Below are positions 27,599 through 37,658 of a DNA stretch of 64,000 nt, one piece after another. Made by a program: the position numbers and the translations under genes. The notes under the pieces are model-generated. The model did not search any database. It worked only from the letters and a program-made list of their open reading frames with translations, and was not told where the DNA came from. Positions within the stretch are counted from its first letter, which is position 1, and each line of letters opens with the position of its first letter. This DNA is from Bacteroidota bacterium (GTDB lineage: Bacteria; Bacteroidota; Bacteroidia; Bacteroidales; JACABE01), in contig JAPLDQ010000036.1 of assembly GCA_026391675.1 (NCBI GenBank), forward strand, positions 32,291 to 96,290, given 5' to 3'.

Positions 27599-28843
27599 AT
27601 GAACCGAATAATTATTATTATTTTTTGTTTTATTTATTTCCATTGTACAGCACAGGATACAATTAAAGTTTTATTTATCGGTAACAGTTTTACTTATTTC
27701 GAAAATATGCCAGATTTATTCCGGAATATTGCCGATAGTGCCGGATATAAAGTTAAGACACAAATGTACGCTCCGGGAGGAGTCAGTGTTGGTGATACTG
27801 CTCAGGGAACTATGGCACACATGAACAATCCTTTGGTTTATGATAATATCCGTTCTGATAAATGGGATTATGTGGTTTTACAGGATAATCAGGGACGTTT
27901 TGTACTGGATTACGGGAAATTTTCATCCTCAAGTCTTGTCATTCAGGGACATTTTAAAATCAGGGATTCTGTTATTCATAATAATCCCTGTGCCAAAATG
28001 ATATGGTTTTCGGGCTGGGGAATGAAAAACGGACTTCCACCTTATGGCAATACAGGTAGTGAAATGATAGAGCGGATTACAGCAAATTACCATTTTTTAA
28101 ACGATACCGCTCGTCAGGTTATTGCGCCTATTGGTGCAGCATGGGAAAAAATCATTCAAATCAATCCTGGCTACGATTTATGGTCAGCTGATGAAACACA
28201 TCCATCACTGGAAGGTGCCTATTTAACAGCCAATGTAATTTATGCCACTATTTTCAGGGATGATCCAATGTACAGCAGTGCAAACGGAGGATTATCAGTA
28301 AGTACAAATAATTTACTCAAGCAAATAGCCTGGCAAACAGTAAGCGACAGCATAGCTGTAACAAATTTATCAAGTATAACACCTTATTTGCAATTACAGA
28401 ATAACCAGTTAACTGCTGGTAATTATCAGCATTATTTCTGGTATAACAATATGCAGTTCATTAGCACAGCAACTAGCAATGTATTGAATATCAGCCAAAG
28501 CGGTCATTATTATTTAATGGCAGAAAATGCTATGGGATGTAAATTAAAATCGATGTCAAAACACATCATCATCACAAATATCACAAACAATACATTACAA
28601 AGCTATTTTAATCTGTATCCCAATCCTGCAAAATCAACTATAAATATTGATTTTACAAAAGAAAATGCGTTCCCATTAAGGATAAATATATTTAATATCA
28701 ATGCACAATTAGTGAAAAATATTAAAATAAATGATACAGTAAATACAACGATAGATGTTTCTGATTTGGAAAAAGGTTTATACTTAATTGAAATGATTGG
28801 TAACAAAGGTATTTTAGAAATAAAAAAATTACTGATTGAATGA
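27599..28843 (+). CDS. SGNH-hydrolase-like (DUF4886-like) protein with T9SS C-terminal domain
   Basis: VLFIGNSFT, WDYVVLQ, PIGAAW and DETHPS; LYPNPA..KGLY..KLLIE. Confidence 0.78.
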   Translation: MNRIIIIIFCFIYFHCTAQDTIKVLFIGNSFTYFENMPDLFRNIADSAGYKVKTQMYAPGGVSVGDTAQGTMAHMNNPLVYDNIRSDKWDYVVLQDNQGRFVLDYGKFSSSSLVIQGHFKIRDSVIHNNPCAKMIWFSGWGMKNGLPPYGNTGSEMIERITANYHFLNDTARQVIAPIGAAWEKIIQINPGYDLWSADETHPSLEGAYLTANVIYATIFRDDPMYSSANGGLSVSTNNLLKQIAWQTVSDSIAVTNLSSITPYLQLQNNQLTAGNYQHYFWYNNMQFISTATSNVLNISQSGHYYLMAENAMGCKLKSMSKHIIITNITNNTLQSYFNLYPNPAKSTINIDFTKENAFPLRINIFNINAQLVKNIKINDTVNTTIDVSDLEKGLYLIEMIGNKGILEIKKLLIE

Positions 28844-28927
28844 TTTTTTATGTGTAAAAATCATGTTGTTTAAAGCCTTATCAAAACATAAATATTCATA
28901 AATCGCCATAAATCAAATAATAAAGCT

Positions 28928-28935
28928 TACCTTTG
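28928..28935 (+). promoter_or_regulatory. Bacteroidota -7 promoter element
   Basis: TACCTTTG ~78 bp upstream of the DEAD-box helicase. Confidence 0.5.
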
Positions 28936-29012
28936 CAAAAAATTCACATACGGACATTTCCCTCCTAAAACAGTCAGGTTTTGGTTCTCAAAAAATCTAT
29001 TTAAATTAATTT

Positions 29013-30284
29013 ATGCCATTTCAATCATTAAACATTATTGAACCTATTCTTAAGTCGTTACAACAAGAAGGTTACAATACACCTACGCCTATTCAAAAAG
29101 AAGCGATTCCTATTATATTAAAAGGAAGCGATTTACTAGGTTGCGCACAAACAGGTACAGGTAAAACTGCAGCCTTTGCTATTCCTATATTACAGCTCTT
29201 ACATACCTCAAAAAATTTCGAAAAGAGAAAAAAAATAAAAAGCTTAATACTTACACCTACCCGTGAGCTTGCCATTCAGATCAATGAAAGCATTAAAACT
29301 TACGGTCGTTTTACAAAAATAAACAGCACTGTCGTTTTTGGCGGTGTAAATCAGAATCCTCAAACAGCAGCATTACAACATGGTGTTGATATACTTATAG
29401 CTACTCCCGGCAGATTGCTCGATTTAATGAATCAGGGATTTATTTCCTTACGTGATATAGAAATTTTTGTACTGGACGAAGCAGATTGCATGCTGGATAT
29501 GGGTTTTATCCATGATATCAAAAGAATTATTGCTGAATTGCCTCAAAAACGCCAGTCGCTGTTTTTCTCAGCTACCATGCCCGCAGAAATCATAAAACTA
29601 TCGAATACCATATTGCATCAGCCCAAAAAGGTTGAAATTACTCCTTCGGCAACGCCTTTGGAATTGATCAAACAAAATATGTATTTTGTTGACAACGGAA
29701 ATAAAAACGCATTGCTGATTGAAATTTTAAAAAACAATCATATCAAAAATGCCCTTGTTTTTACCCGTACCAAACATGGTGCTGATAAAGTGGTAAAAAT
29801 ACTGGCCAAAAGCAATATCAGTGCTGAAGCCATTCACGGTAATAAATCACAGAATGCCCGTCAACTGGCATTGAGCAATTTTAAAAAGCAAACCACACGT
29901 GTGTTGGTGGCTACTGATATTGCTGCTCGTGGCATCGACATAGATGACATGGAATTTGTAATCAATTTTGAACTTCCTAACGTTGCTGAAACTTATATTC
30001 ATCGTATCGGCAGAACCGGCAGAGCTGGTGCAAAAGGCTGTGCTTATTCCTTTTGCGATGCAACAGAAAAAGCTTATTTACGCGATATTGAAAAATTAAT
30101 CGGACAAAAAATTGCAGTGGTAAACGATCATCCTTTTCCTTTAATTGACCATAATCCTGTAAAAGCGCCCAAACAACAGCGCAATATGTCGAACCGGCCA
30201 CAACGCAATGCAAAAACCTCCAACACTGCCGAAAACAGTGGTAAAAAGAAATGGTTTGCCAAGCCAAATTTAGCTTCCAGATAA
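29013..30284 (+). CDS. rhlE: DEAD-box RNA helicase (RhlE-like)
   Basis: PTPIQ, AQTGTGKT, PTRELA, TPGRL, DEAD, SAT, ARGID and HRIGRTGR. Confidence 0.88.
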   Translation: MPFQSLNIIEPILKSLQQEGYNTPTPIQKEAIPIILKGSDLLGCAQTGTGKTAAFAIPILQLLHTSKNFEKRKKIKSLILTPTRELAIQINESIKTYGRFTKINSTVVFGGVNQNPQTAALQHGVDILIATPGRLLDLMNQGFISLRDIEIFVLDEADCMLDMGFIHDIKRIIAELPQKRQSLFFSATMPAEIIKLSNTILHQPKKVEITPSATPLELIKQNMYFVDNGNKNALLIEILKNNHIKNALVFTRTKHGADKVVKILAKSNISAEAIHGNKSQNARQLALSNFKKQTTRVLVATDIAARGIDIDDMEFVINFELPNVAETYIHRIGRTGRAGAKGCAYSFCDATEKAYLRDIEKLIGQKIAVVNDHPFPLIDHNPVKAPKQQRNMSNRPQRNAKTSNTAENSGKKKWFAKPNLASR

Positions 30285-30379
30285 TAATATCCTTTTAAGA
30301 ATTTAGAGGTAAATAGTGTAAAAAGCATAATTTTACCTTAACTTTGCTTTCTGATTTTTAATTAAAGCATGCTATTTTT

Positions 30380-30847
30380 ATGACCAATAACGACATTTTA
30401 CGCCGTATCCGTTTTACTTTCGATTTAAGCGATTCTACCATGATGGAAACATTTGGCCTGGGAGGCCTGGAAGTTACCAGAGCCGAGATTAGCGACTGGC
30501 TTAAGAAAGATGACGACCCCGCTTTTCAGGAAATTAGGGATAAGGAATTTGCCACCTTCCTGAATGGTTTCATTATTTCCAAACGTGGACGTAAAGAAGG
30601 CGAACAACCGTTGCCCGAAAAAAGCCTGAATAACAATATCATTCTCAGGAAATTAAAAATTGCCTTAAACCTTATGGATGATGATCTCATCGAAATTATG
30701 AAATCAGTGGATTTAAGAATAAGCAAACACGAAATAAGCGCTTTCTTCCGTAAACCTACTCAGGATAAATACCGTGTTTGTCACGATCAGTTTCTGCGTA
30801 ATTTCTTATATGGTTTGCAGTTGAAATACAAAGGCGATCTAAAATAA
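30380..30847 (+). CDS. DUF1456 (YehS-like) protein
   Basis: MTNNDILRRIR..LNGFI..RG..NNIILRKLKIAL..SAFFR..CHDQFLRNFL; TAACTTTG box at 30339-46. Confidence 0.85.
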   Translation: MTNNDILRRIRFTFDLSDSTMMETFGLGGLEVTRAEISDWLKKDDDPAFQEIRDKEFATFLNGFIISKRGRKEGEQPLPEKSLNNNIILRKLKIALNLMDDDLIEIMKSVDLRISKHEISAFFRKPTQDKYRVCHDQFLRNFLYGLQLKYKGDLK

Positions 30848-31122
30848 TATTTCCTCTTTCAAATAGCATTTCTCTATATAGACTAAATATATTCCTTAAG
30901 TCTGAATTAAAATACTTACCGTTACCTTATAATCTGCTACCGGCGACTGATAAAGTCCTGCCATAGGCTGATTTGCTGTTGCTTTCAGTGATTTTCATGA
31001 GTAAATTTGTGTTAACTAAATACTTAAAGCCATGAAATGCCCACGAGTAAATCTTGAAAATTAACCAAAAATATTTATTTGGGCATTGATTTGTACATAT
31101 AAATTATAAAAAAAATAAACAA

Positions 31123-31932
31123 ATGAAAACAACAGATATTTATTCACATGAATGGTGTGAATTGGTTTTTGAAGGTAGGAATCACGCATATGGTGCTTAC
31201 GAATTAAGGGAACATATAGCAAAGAGACAAATTACAGCCATTTTTATAGCAGCTTCTTTGCTTATTATGGTTGCGGCTTCTCCAATGATTTTGAATCGTG
31301 AAAGAAACGGAGATAATCATATAATCAATTCAGGGACTATTGAAATTATAAGACCTCCTATTGATAAACCAAAGGATAATGTTGATCCAATTATTGAACC
31401 GGCAAAGGGAAAACCGGTATTGGTAAATACGGTTGCATTTCCTCCAACACATATAGTTCCTGATGTTGAAGCTCCTGATGTTGAAATAGCACCACAGGAT
31501 AAATTGATTAACGATCCTAGAAATATTGCTGCTACTACCGTTGATGGTGGTGTTACCGGTCCTGTTACCGGAAATTGGGACGGCACTACAACTGGTGGTG
31601 TAAAAACCGTAGATACAACAACCTATATGGATGTTCCTCAAATGCCTGTATTTCTGAGTGGTGAAGATGATCTGTTTAATTATTTGAGGTCTTCAATAAA
31701 ATATCCTGCATTAGCCAGAGAATTAAATATTACAGGTATAGTTTATGCATCATTTATAGTAAACAGGGAAGGTAATGTTCAGGATATAAAAATATTAAGA
31801 GCTATTGGCGGAGGATGCGAAGATGAGGCATTAAGAGTTCTCAGCAGAATGCCCAGATGGAATCCCGGGAAACAAAATGGGAATGCAGTTAATGTAAGAT
31901 TAAATATTCCTATTAATTTTGTTTTAAACTAA
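31123..31932 (+). CDS. Energy transducer TonB (Bacteroidota type)
   Basis: LVFEGRNHAYGAYELR, TM anchor, Pro-rich linker and C-terminal YP..A...G.V..F.V..WNPGKQNG; TAAATTTG box at 31002-09. Confidence 0.88.
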   Translation: MKTTDIYSHEWCELVFEGRNHAYGAYELREHIAKRQITAIFIAASLLIMVAASPMILNRERNGDNHIINSGTIEIIRPPIDKPKDNVDPIIEPAKGKPVLVNTVAFPPTHIVPDVEAPDVEIAPQDKLINDPRNIAATTVDGGVTGPVTGNWDGTTTGGVKTVDTTTYMDVPQMPVFLSGEDDLFNYLRSSIKYPALARELNITGIVYASFIVNREGNVQDIKILRAIGGGCEDEALRVLSRMPRWNPGKQNGNAVNVRLNIPINFVLN

Positions 31933-32010
31933 GTCCTCAATTCAGCGATTAATTCTTTTAAAATTCAGCGATTTCAGCTAACTTTGCGGAAATTTTAACG
32001 CAATACGCTA

Positions 32011-35000
32011 TTGCAAACATCTGATGTTACCAAATTATATGCCGGAGACCAACGCGTTTCCGGCTTAAGTGCTTTACTGCTAAAAGGAAAGCCATTGCGT
32101 CACAGTATTAAAGGACTGAACGGTTCTTCCCTTGTATTGGTGGCAAACGCCATTATTAAGCAATGCCAGGGAATTCATTTGTTTATCCTTAGTGATAAGG
32201 AAAAAGCGGCTTATTTTTACAATGATCTGGAAAACCTTAGCGGTGAAGCCAGTTTTGATTACGATAACAAAAATATTTTATTTTATCCGACATCATACAA
32301 AAAACCATATCAGGTTGAAGAAACAGAGAATGCCAATGTATTACTGCGCTCCGAGGTGCTCAACCGTTTAAGCCAATCAAGGCATGCACCCATTATTGTC
32401 AGCTATCCTGAAGCATTGTGCGAAAAAGTAATCACCAAGAAAAATCTTCAGAGCAATACGCTAAAACTTAAGAAAGGCGAAAGCGTAAACCATGATTTTA
32501 TTATGGATTTGCTGATAGAATATGAATTTGAAAGAGTTGATTTTGTAGTTGAATCCGGGCAGTTCTCTGTTCGTGGCGGTTTAATTGATGTTTTTTCTTT
32601 TTCCAATGATTTTCCCTACCGTATTGAGTTTTTCGGAGATGAAGTGGAATCCATCCGTTCTTTCGATCCGGTCAACCAGCTATCAAAACAACAACTGGAT
32701 AATATATCCATACTTCCCAATATACAGCATCATAAATTCAGTGAATTCAGGGAAAGCTTGCTTGAGTTTATTCCAAAACCAGCATCAATCTGGATTGAAA
32801 ACATGGAATATGCTTCAGATAAGATAAATGCTGAGTTTGTAAAAGCCGAGCAGGCATTTGAAGCTATTGCTTTAGACACCGGGCATAAAAAACCGCAGCA
32901 ATTATTTGTTACCGCATCTGAATTTTTAAGAGAAATCCTCGATTTTAATATTATCGAAATCGGGAATTATCCAATGCTTAAAAACAATAAGGAAATTTTT
33001 TTCAATACTTCCCCTCAGCCTGTTTTTAACAAGAACTTCGAAATGCTTTTCCGAAATCTGGTTGAAAACACGGAAAATGGATATCAAAATATTATCGTTT
33101 CTGATAATCAGAAGCAGATTGAAAGACTGGACAGAATCTTTACCGAAATCAATACCAATAAGGAACATATAAGTTACACCCATCTTAATTGTGCGCTTAA
33201 CGAAGGCTTTATTGATAACGACCTCAAATTATGCTGCTATACCGACCATCAGCTGTTTGAACGTTACCATAAATACAAGCTCAATGAGTTTTCGCAAAAT
33301 AAGGAAGCTTTAACGCTTAAAGAAATCTATGATCTTAAACCCGGTGATTATGTAACTCACACGGATCACGGTATCGGACGCTATGGTGGACTGGAAAAAA
33401 TCAACAACAACGGCAAAGAGCAGGAAGCCATACGCCTGATATATAAAGAAGACGATATTTTATATGTTAGCATACATTCATTACACCGCATTTCCAAATA
33501 TTCCGGTAAGGAAGGCAGTTTGCCTTCCCTTAGCAGATTGGGTTCACCAGCTTGGCAGAATCTTAAAAACAAAGCCAAACAAAAGGTAAAGGATATTGCC
33601 AAGGATTTAATCAAACTTTACGCTGAACGTAAGGCTGCCAAAGGTTTTGCTTTCAATGCCGATACTTATCTGCAAAACGAACTGGAAGCATCATTTATAT
33701 ATGAAGATACACCAGACCAGTTAAAAGCTACCAATGATGTAAAAAAAGATATGGAAGCCGACTTCCCAATGGACAGGCTAGTTTGTGGTGACGTGGGCTT
33801 TGGCAAAACTGAAATTGCTGTTCGTGCTGCATTTAAAGCCGTTGCTGACAGCAAACAGGTGGCGATATTGGTTCCAACAACTATTCTTGCATTGCAGCAT
33901 TACAAAACATTCAGGGAAAGACTGAAAGATTTTCCATGCAAAACAGAATATATCAACCGTTTCAAAACTACAGCCCAGAAAACACAAATATTAAAAGACC
34001 TCAAAGCCGGAAAAATTGACATTTTAATTGGAACACACCGCCTGGTTAGCAAAGACGTTGGTTTTAAAGATTTAGGCCTTCTGATTATTGATGAAGAACA
34101 GAAATTTGGTGTTGCTGTAAAAGAAAAACTCAAACAAATCAAGGTGGATGTGGATACTTTGACATTGACCGCCACTCCTATTCCCCGTACATTACAGTTT
34201 TCGCTGATGGGAGCCAGGGATTTGTCTATCATTAACACACCTCCGCCTAACCGCTATCCTGTACATACCGAATTACATTCTTTTAACGAAGAACTGATAC
34301 GCGATGCCATACTACAGGAAGTTTCCAGAGGTGGTCAGGTTTTCTTTGTCCATAATCGTGTGCAAAGTATTATGGAAGTTGCTGGAATGATACAGCGTTT
34401 GCTGCCTGACATCAAAGTAGCCATCGGACACGGGCAGATGGACGGCCATAAACTGGAAAAAGTGATGCTCGACTTTATTGATGGCGAATACGATGTTTTA
34501 CTGGCAACCACAATTATTGAAAATGGCCTGGATATTCCAAATGCCAATACCATTATTATTAACGAAGCCCAAAGTTATGGATTGAGCGATTTGCACCAGT
34601 TACGAGGTCGTGTTGGCCGTTCCAACAAAAAATCTTTCTGTTATTTAATTGCACCACCACTAACGGTATTAACTGATGAAGCACGCAAAAGACTGAAAGC
34701 CATTGAAGAATTTTCCGAAATCGGAAGTGGGTTTAACATCGCCATGCGCGACCTGGATATCCGCGGTGCCGGTGATATTTTAGGTGGCGAACAAAGTGGG
34801 TTTATTTCAGAAATCGGTTTTGACATATATCATAAAATTCTGGATGAAGCCATAACTGAACTCAAAGAAACTGAATTCCACGATTTGTATCATAATGAAG
34901 ATGATGAAATTGTTTTCGTTAAGGATTGTACCATTGAAACCGATCTGGAACTCATGATACCTGATGAATACATAAAAAATATTACCGAAAGGTTAAGCCT

Positions 35001-35367
35001 TTACAAAGAATTGGACAGTCTTGAAACGGATGAAGAATTAGCAGCCTTTAATATCAGGCTGATTGACCGTTTTGGTGCTGTACCCAAGCCTACAGAAGAA
35101 TTAATAAATACCATCAGGTTGCGCCGCATGGCCAAACATATTGGTTTTGAAAAACTGATATTAAAACAACAAAAACTCATCGCTTATTTTGTGAGCAATC
35201 AGGATTCACCTTATTTTCAGTCTGCTGAATTTACCAACTTCTTACAATACCTGCAGCTTAACCCACGCTCTGTGCGCATGAAAGAAAATAAAGGCAAACT
35301 TTCCATTGTTTTTGACAATGTTGATAGTATAAGTAAGGCTGTTGAGAAGTTCAGCCATTTTAAATAA
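32011..35367 (+). CDS. mfd: Transcription-repair coupling factor
   Basis: RGGLIDVF, CarD-like HGIGRY, CGDVGFGKTE, DEEQKFGV, QLRGRVGRS and DLDIRGAG; TAACTTTG box at 31979-86. Confidence 0.96.
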   Translation: MQTSDVTKLYAGDQRVSGLSALLLKGKPLRHSIKGLNGSSLVLVANAIIKQCQGIHLFILSDKEKAAYFYNDLENLSGEASFDYDNKNILFYPTSYKKPYQVEETENANVLLRSEVLNRLSQSRHAPIIVSYPEALCEKVITKKNLQSNTLKLKKGESVNHDFIMDLLIEYEFERVDFVVESGQFSVRGGLIDVFSFSNDFPYRIEFFGDEVESIRSFDPVNQLSKQQLDNISILPNIQHHKFSEFRESLLEFIPKPASIWIENMEYASDKINAEFVKAEQAFEAIALDTGHKKPQQLFVTASEFLREILDFNIIEIGNYPMLKNNKEIFFNTSPQPVFNKNFEMLFRNLVENTENGYQNIIVSDNQKQIERLDRIFTEINTNKEHISYTHLNCALNEGFIDNDLKLCCYTDHQLFERYHKYKLNEFSQNKEALTLKEIYDLKPGDYVTHTDHGIGRYGGLEKINNNGKEQEAIRLIYKEDDILYVSIHSLHRISKYSGKEGSLPSLSRLGSPAWQNLKNKAKQKVKDIAKDLIKLYAERKAAKGFAFNADTYLQNELEASFIYEDTPDQLKATNDVKKDMEADFPMDRLVCGDVGFGKTEIAVRAAFKAVADSKQVAILVPTTILALQHYKTFRERLKDFPCKTEYINRFKTTAQKTQILKDLKAGKIDILIGTHRLVSKDVGFKDLGLLIIDEEQKFGVAVKEKLKQIKVDVDTLTLTATPIPRTLQFSLMGARDLSIINTPPPNRYPVHTELHSFNEELIRDAILQEVSRGGQVFFVHNRVQSIMEVAGMIQRLLPDIKVAIGHGQMDGHKLEKVMLDFIDGEYDVLLATTIIENGLDIPNANTIIINEAQSYGLSDLHQLRGRVGRSNKKSFCYLIAPPLTVLTDEARKRLKAIEEFSEIGSGFNIAMRDLDIRGAGDILGGEQSGFISEIGFDIYHKILDEAITELKETEFHDLYHNEDDEIVFVKDCTIETDLELMIPDEYIKNITERLSLYKELDSLETDEELAAFNIRLIDRFGAVPKPTEELINTIRLRRMAKHIGFEKLILKQQKLIAYFVSNQDSPYFQSAEFTNFLQYLQLNPRSVRMKENKGKLSIVFDNVDSISKAVEKFSHFK

Positions 35368-35654
35368 TATTACAGGACGCACCTATGGTGCTTAAATTAA
35401 TAATGGTATTATTTATTATTAACAGTATGCTACTACGTAGCAAAAGAAAAGATTTTCATTGTTATTTAAGATATTTTTAAATCAATTTTTCAGTCACATT
35501 TTTTACATTTTATGATAAAAATAATCGATATTAAAAACATAATTGAATTTGAATATCAGGATAAATGACGCGTAAATAAAGTCCGTAGGACTTTACTGTT
35601 AATAAAAAGGAGAAAATAACCAAATCTGAGCTGCATAGCAGCGAACTGTTATAT
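35367..35654. repeat. REPIN-like cluster of four 5-bp-stem/3-nt-loop hairpins with different stems
   Basis: GCACC-TAT-GGTGC (35379), GCTAC-TAC-GTAGC (35429), AGTCC-GTA-GGACT (35580), GCTGC-ATA-GCAGC (35630); shared T(A/T)ACAG flank. Confidence 0.75.
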
Positions 35655-35714
35655 ATAAACCTGTTTTATTAAGAAAACGTCAGGAATAAACCTTACAAAT
35701 TATTAAATCCAATT

Positions 35715-36533
35715 CTATTTTTTAAACAACGTATTCAAAAATACTTTCATATCATTCCACGAATTCTTATCTGCTTCTGCATTATATTCAATCGGCATAT
35801 TAAACTCCTTGCCTACCTTAGTGGATTCAGGATTTGTAAAAGCATGGGTGGAATTAGGATAGATCTTAAAAGTATAATCAGCTCCTATTGCATCCAGTTG
35901 CTGTTTAAAATTGTCAATATCCGTTTGTGGAATAAATTTATCGCTGCCACCATGACATACCAATATACTTGCTTTCAGTAAATCCTTATTGGCAGTAACT
36001 CCAGCAAGTCCACCATGGAAACTTACCACTCCTTTAAGTCTGGCTCCAAGTTTTGCTGAATTCAGCACAACTGAACCACCAAAACAATAACCAATAGCAG
36101 CTATTTTAGTTGAATCGCATTGCTCAAATTCCTTTATTTTTTGAATGGCAGCATCCAGTCTTGTTTTTCCCAATTGAGGATCTTTATAAAACGGAGCAGT
36201 CATTTCCTTAGCTTCTGAAGGATTTGCAGCAACTTTTCCGTTGCCATACATATCAACTGCCATTGCTATATAGCCTAATGAGGCCAGTTGTTTAGCCCTC
36301 ATCTTGACATAATCATTCAAACCCCACCATTCGTGCACAACGAGTATTGCAGGTCTTTTACCTTTTTTGTTCTGGTCGTAAACTATATATCCTTTATAGG
36401 AAACGCCATCGAGGGTATAAGTTATTACCGATTCTTTGAGTTTTGACGGAATATTTTTGCTTGTTGTAAATGAATACATGGCTGTAGTTAATATGGCAAT
36501 TAATAAAATTGTGGTTATAATTCTCGTTTTCAT
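35715..36533 (-). CDS. Dienelactone hydrolase family protein (exported)
   Basis: HEWWGLN, GYCFGG nucleophile, SFHG and HAFTNP. Confidence 0.9.
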   Translation of the reverse strand: MKTRIITTILLIAILTTAMYSFTTSKNIPSKLKESVITYTLDGVSYKGYIVYDQNKKGKRPAILVVHEWWGLNDYVKMRAKQLASLGYIAMAVDMYGNGKVAANPSEAKEMTAPFYKDPQLGKTRLDAAIQKIKEFEQCDSTKIAAIGYCFGGSVVLNSAKLGARLKGVVSFHGGLAGVTANKDLLKASILVCHGGSDKFIPQTDIDNFKQQLDAIGADYTFKIYPNSTHAFTNPESTKVGKEFNMPIEYNAEADKNSWNDMKVFLNTLFKK

Positions 36534-36604
36534 CCAATTTGTTTTTATATGAAAACAAATAATAAATTAAAAAGTTCCTGAATAATAATGTAAATCAACT
36601 CATA

Positions 36605-36643
36605 TAACTTTATAAACTTTAAACTTTCAAACTTTATAAACTA
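36605..36643 (-). repeat. Short tandem array of AAACTTT-type units
   Basis: taacttta-taaacttt-aaactttc-aaacttta-taaacta, abutting the DUF4837 stop codon. Confidence 0.5.
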
Positions 36644-37624
36644 TTTTGCATGATAAGTGTAAATAATCGCTTCGAGTTGTTTTAACAAATCGCGTTTAGG
36701 TTTTTTTGGAGAATACAAATATGCATCCAGCATTATAATGCGCATGTTTTTTTCATCAATAAAAGTGTAATTAATAAATGGTCCGCCCATAAAATCACCT
36801 TCCAACTTCCATAGGCCTCTGGTTTCCATAGCATATAATCCTTTAAAATTAATTTCTCTGCATATGGGTGTAATTTTATTTTCTGTAATCATGTAGGAGC
36901 TGTCAGTTGGGCCTGGTATATATTGCCTTGTTAATGAATCGCGTAAAAAAATGATATGTTGAGGTGTTAACTGTTTTTTATCAAAATACGGACATGAATA
37001 AATCAGCAAGCCCTGACTATATTCCTTTGTTTCCAGGCGAATCCAGGCAAAATCAGAAGTCTTTTTTGCAATAAAAAAACCCATTGGAAAACACATGGAA
37101 AATTTAAAGTTTTTCAGCAAAGCGACACGGATTTCCTTGGCTTCGTTCTCCTTAAATGCCTGATTAATGCGTATTCTTTCCATTTCATCAAAACGGGCTT
37201 TTATGATTTCCTTATTTTGCATAAACAAATGAAAAAAAGCTTCATTATTAGGTGCTTTGAGTATAAATATAGTTTGCGGTTTTGCTTTATAATCTTTAAG
37301 TATTTCAATTTTTCCCTTGCAGCTATCATTAATAATGAGAAGGATAATATTGCGGTATGTCTGAAACATAGGTGTTTCATCAAATACAGCATGTGAAATA
37401 AAGGGCATTGTAAATATAGGTTCTGTCTGGTTTAGTTCGCTTTGTTCCTGCATAAAAAATGCTTTCAGACTATCACCTACCGGACTTTCAACCAAATACT
37501 TATCAGTAACCAACAGGATTTCGCAGCATTTCCCTCCCGATGAATTTATATGGTTTTGTTTTGTGCAGGACAATATTAATGCTAAAAGAAAAATTACAGC
37601 AATACTTTTGTTAATTTTAAACAT
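36641..37624 (-). CDS. DUF4837 family lipoprotein
   Basis: Lipobox ILSC; SSG...EILLV, LNQTEPIF, AKPQ, RDSL..IPGP, RGLW..DFMGGPF and KRDLLKQLE. Confidence 0.75.
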   Translation of the reverse strand: MFKINKSIAVIFLLALILSCTKQNHINSSGGKCCEILLVTDKYLVESPVGDSLKAFFMQEQSELNQTEPIFTMPFISHAVFDETPMFQTYRNIILLIINDSCKGKIEILKDYKAKPQTIFILKAPNNEAFFHLFMQNKEIIKARFDEMERIRINQAFKENEAKEIRVALLKNFKFSMCFPMGFFIAKKTSDFAWIRLETKEYSQGLLIYSCPYFDKKQLTPQHIIFLRDSLTRQYIPGPTDSSYMITENKITPICREINFKGLYAMETRGLWKLEGDFMGGPFINYTFIDEKNMRIIMLDAYLYSPKKPKRDLLKQLEAIIYTYHAK

Positions 37625-37658
37625 TGTTTAAATTATAAATTAGTATTGAATTTATAAA

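Noticed and set aside
31032-31087. uORF MKCPRVNLEN with an AATGCCCA/TGGGCATT inverted repeat in the tonB leader
   Set aside because: Short and compatible with chance; no attenuator T-run or other support
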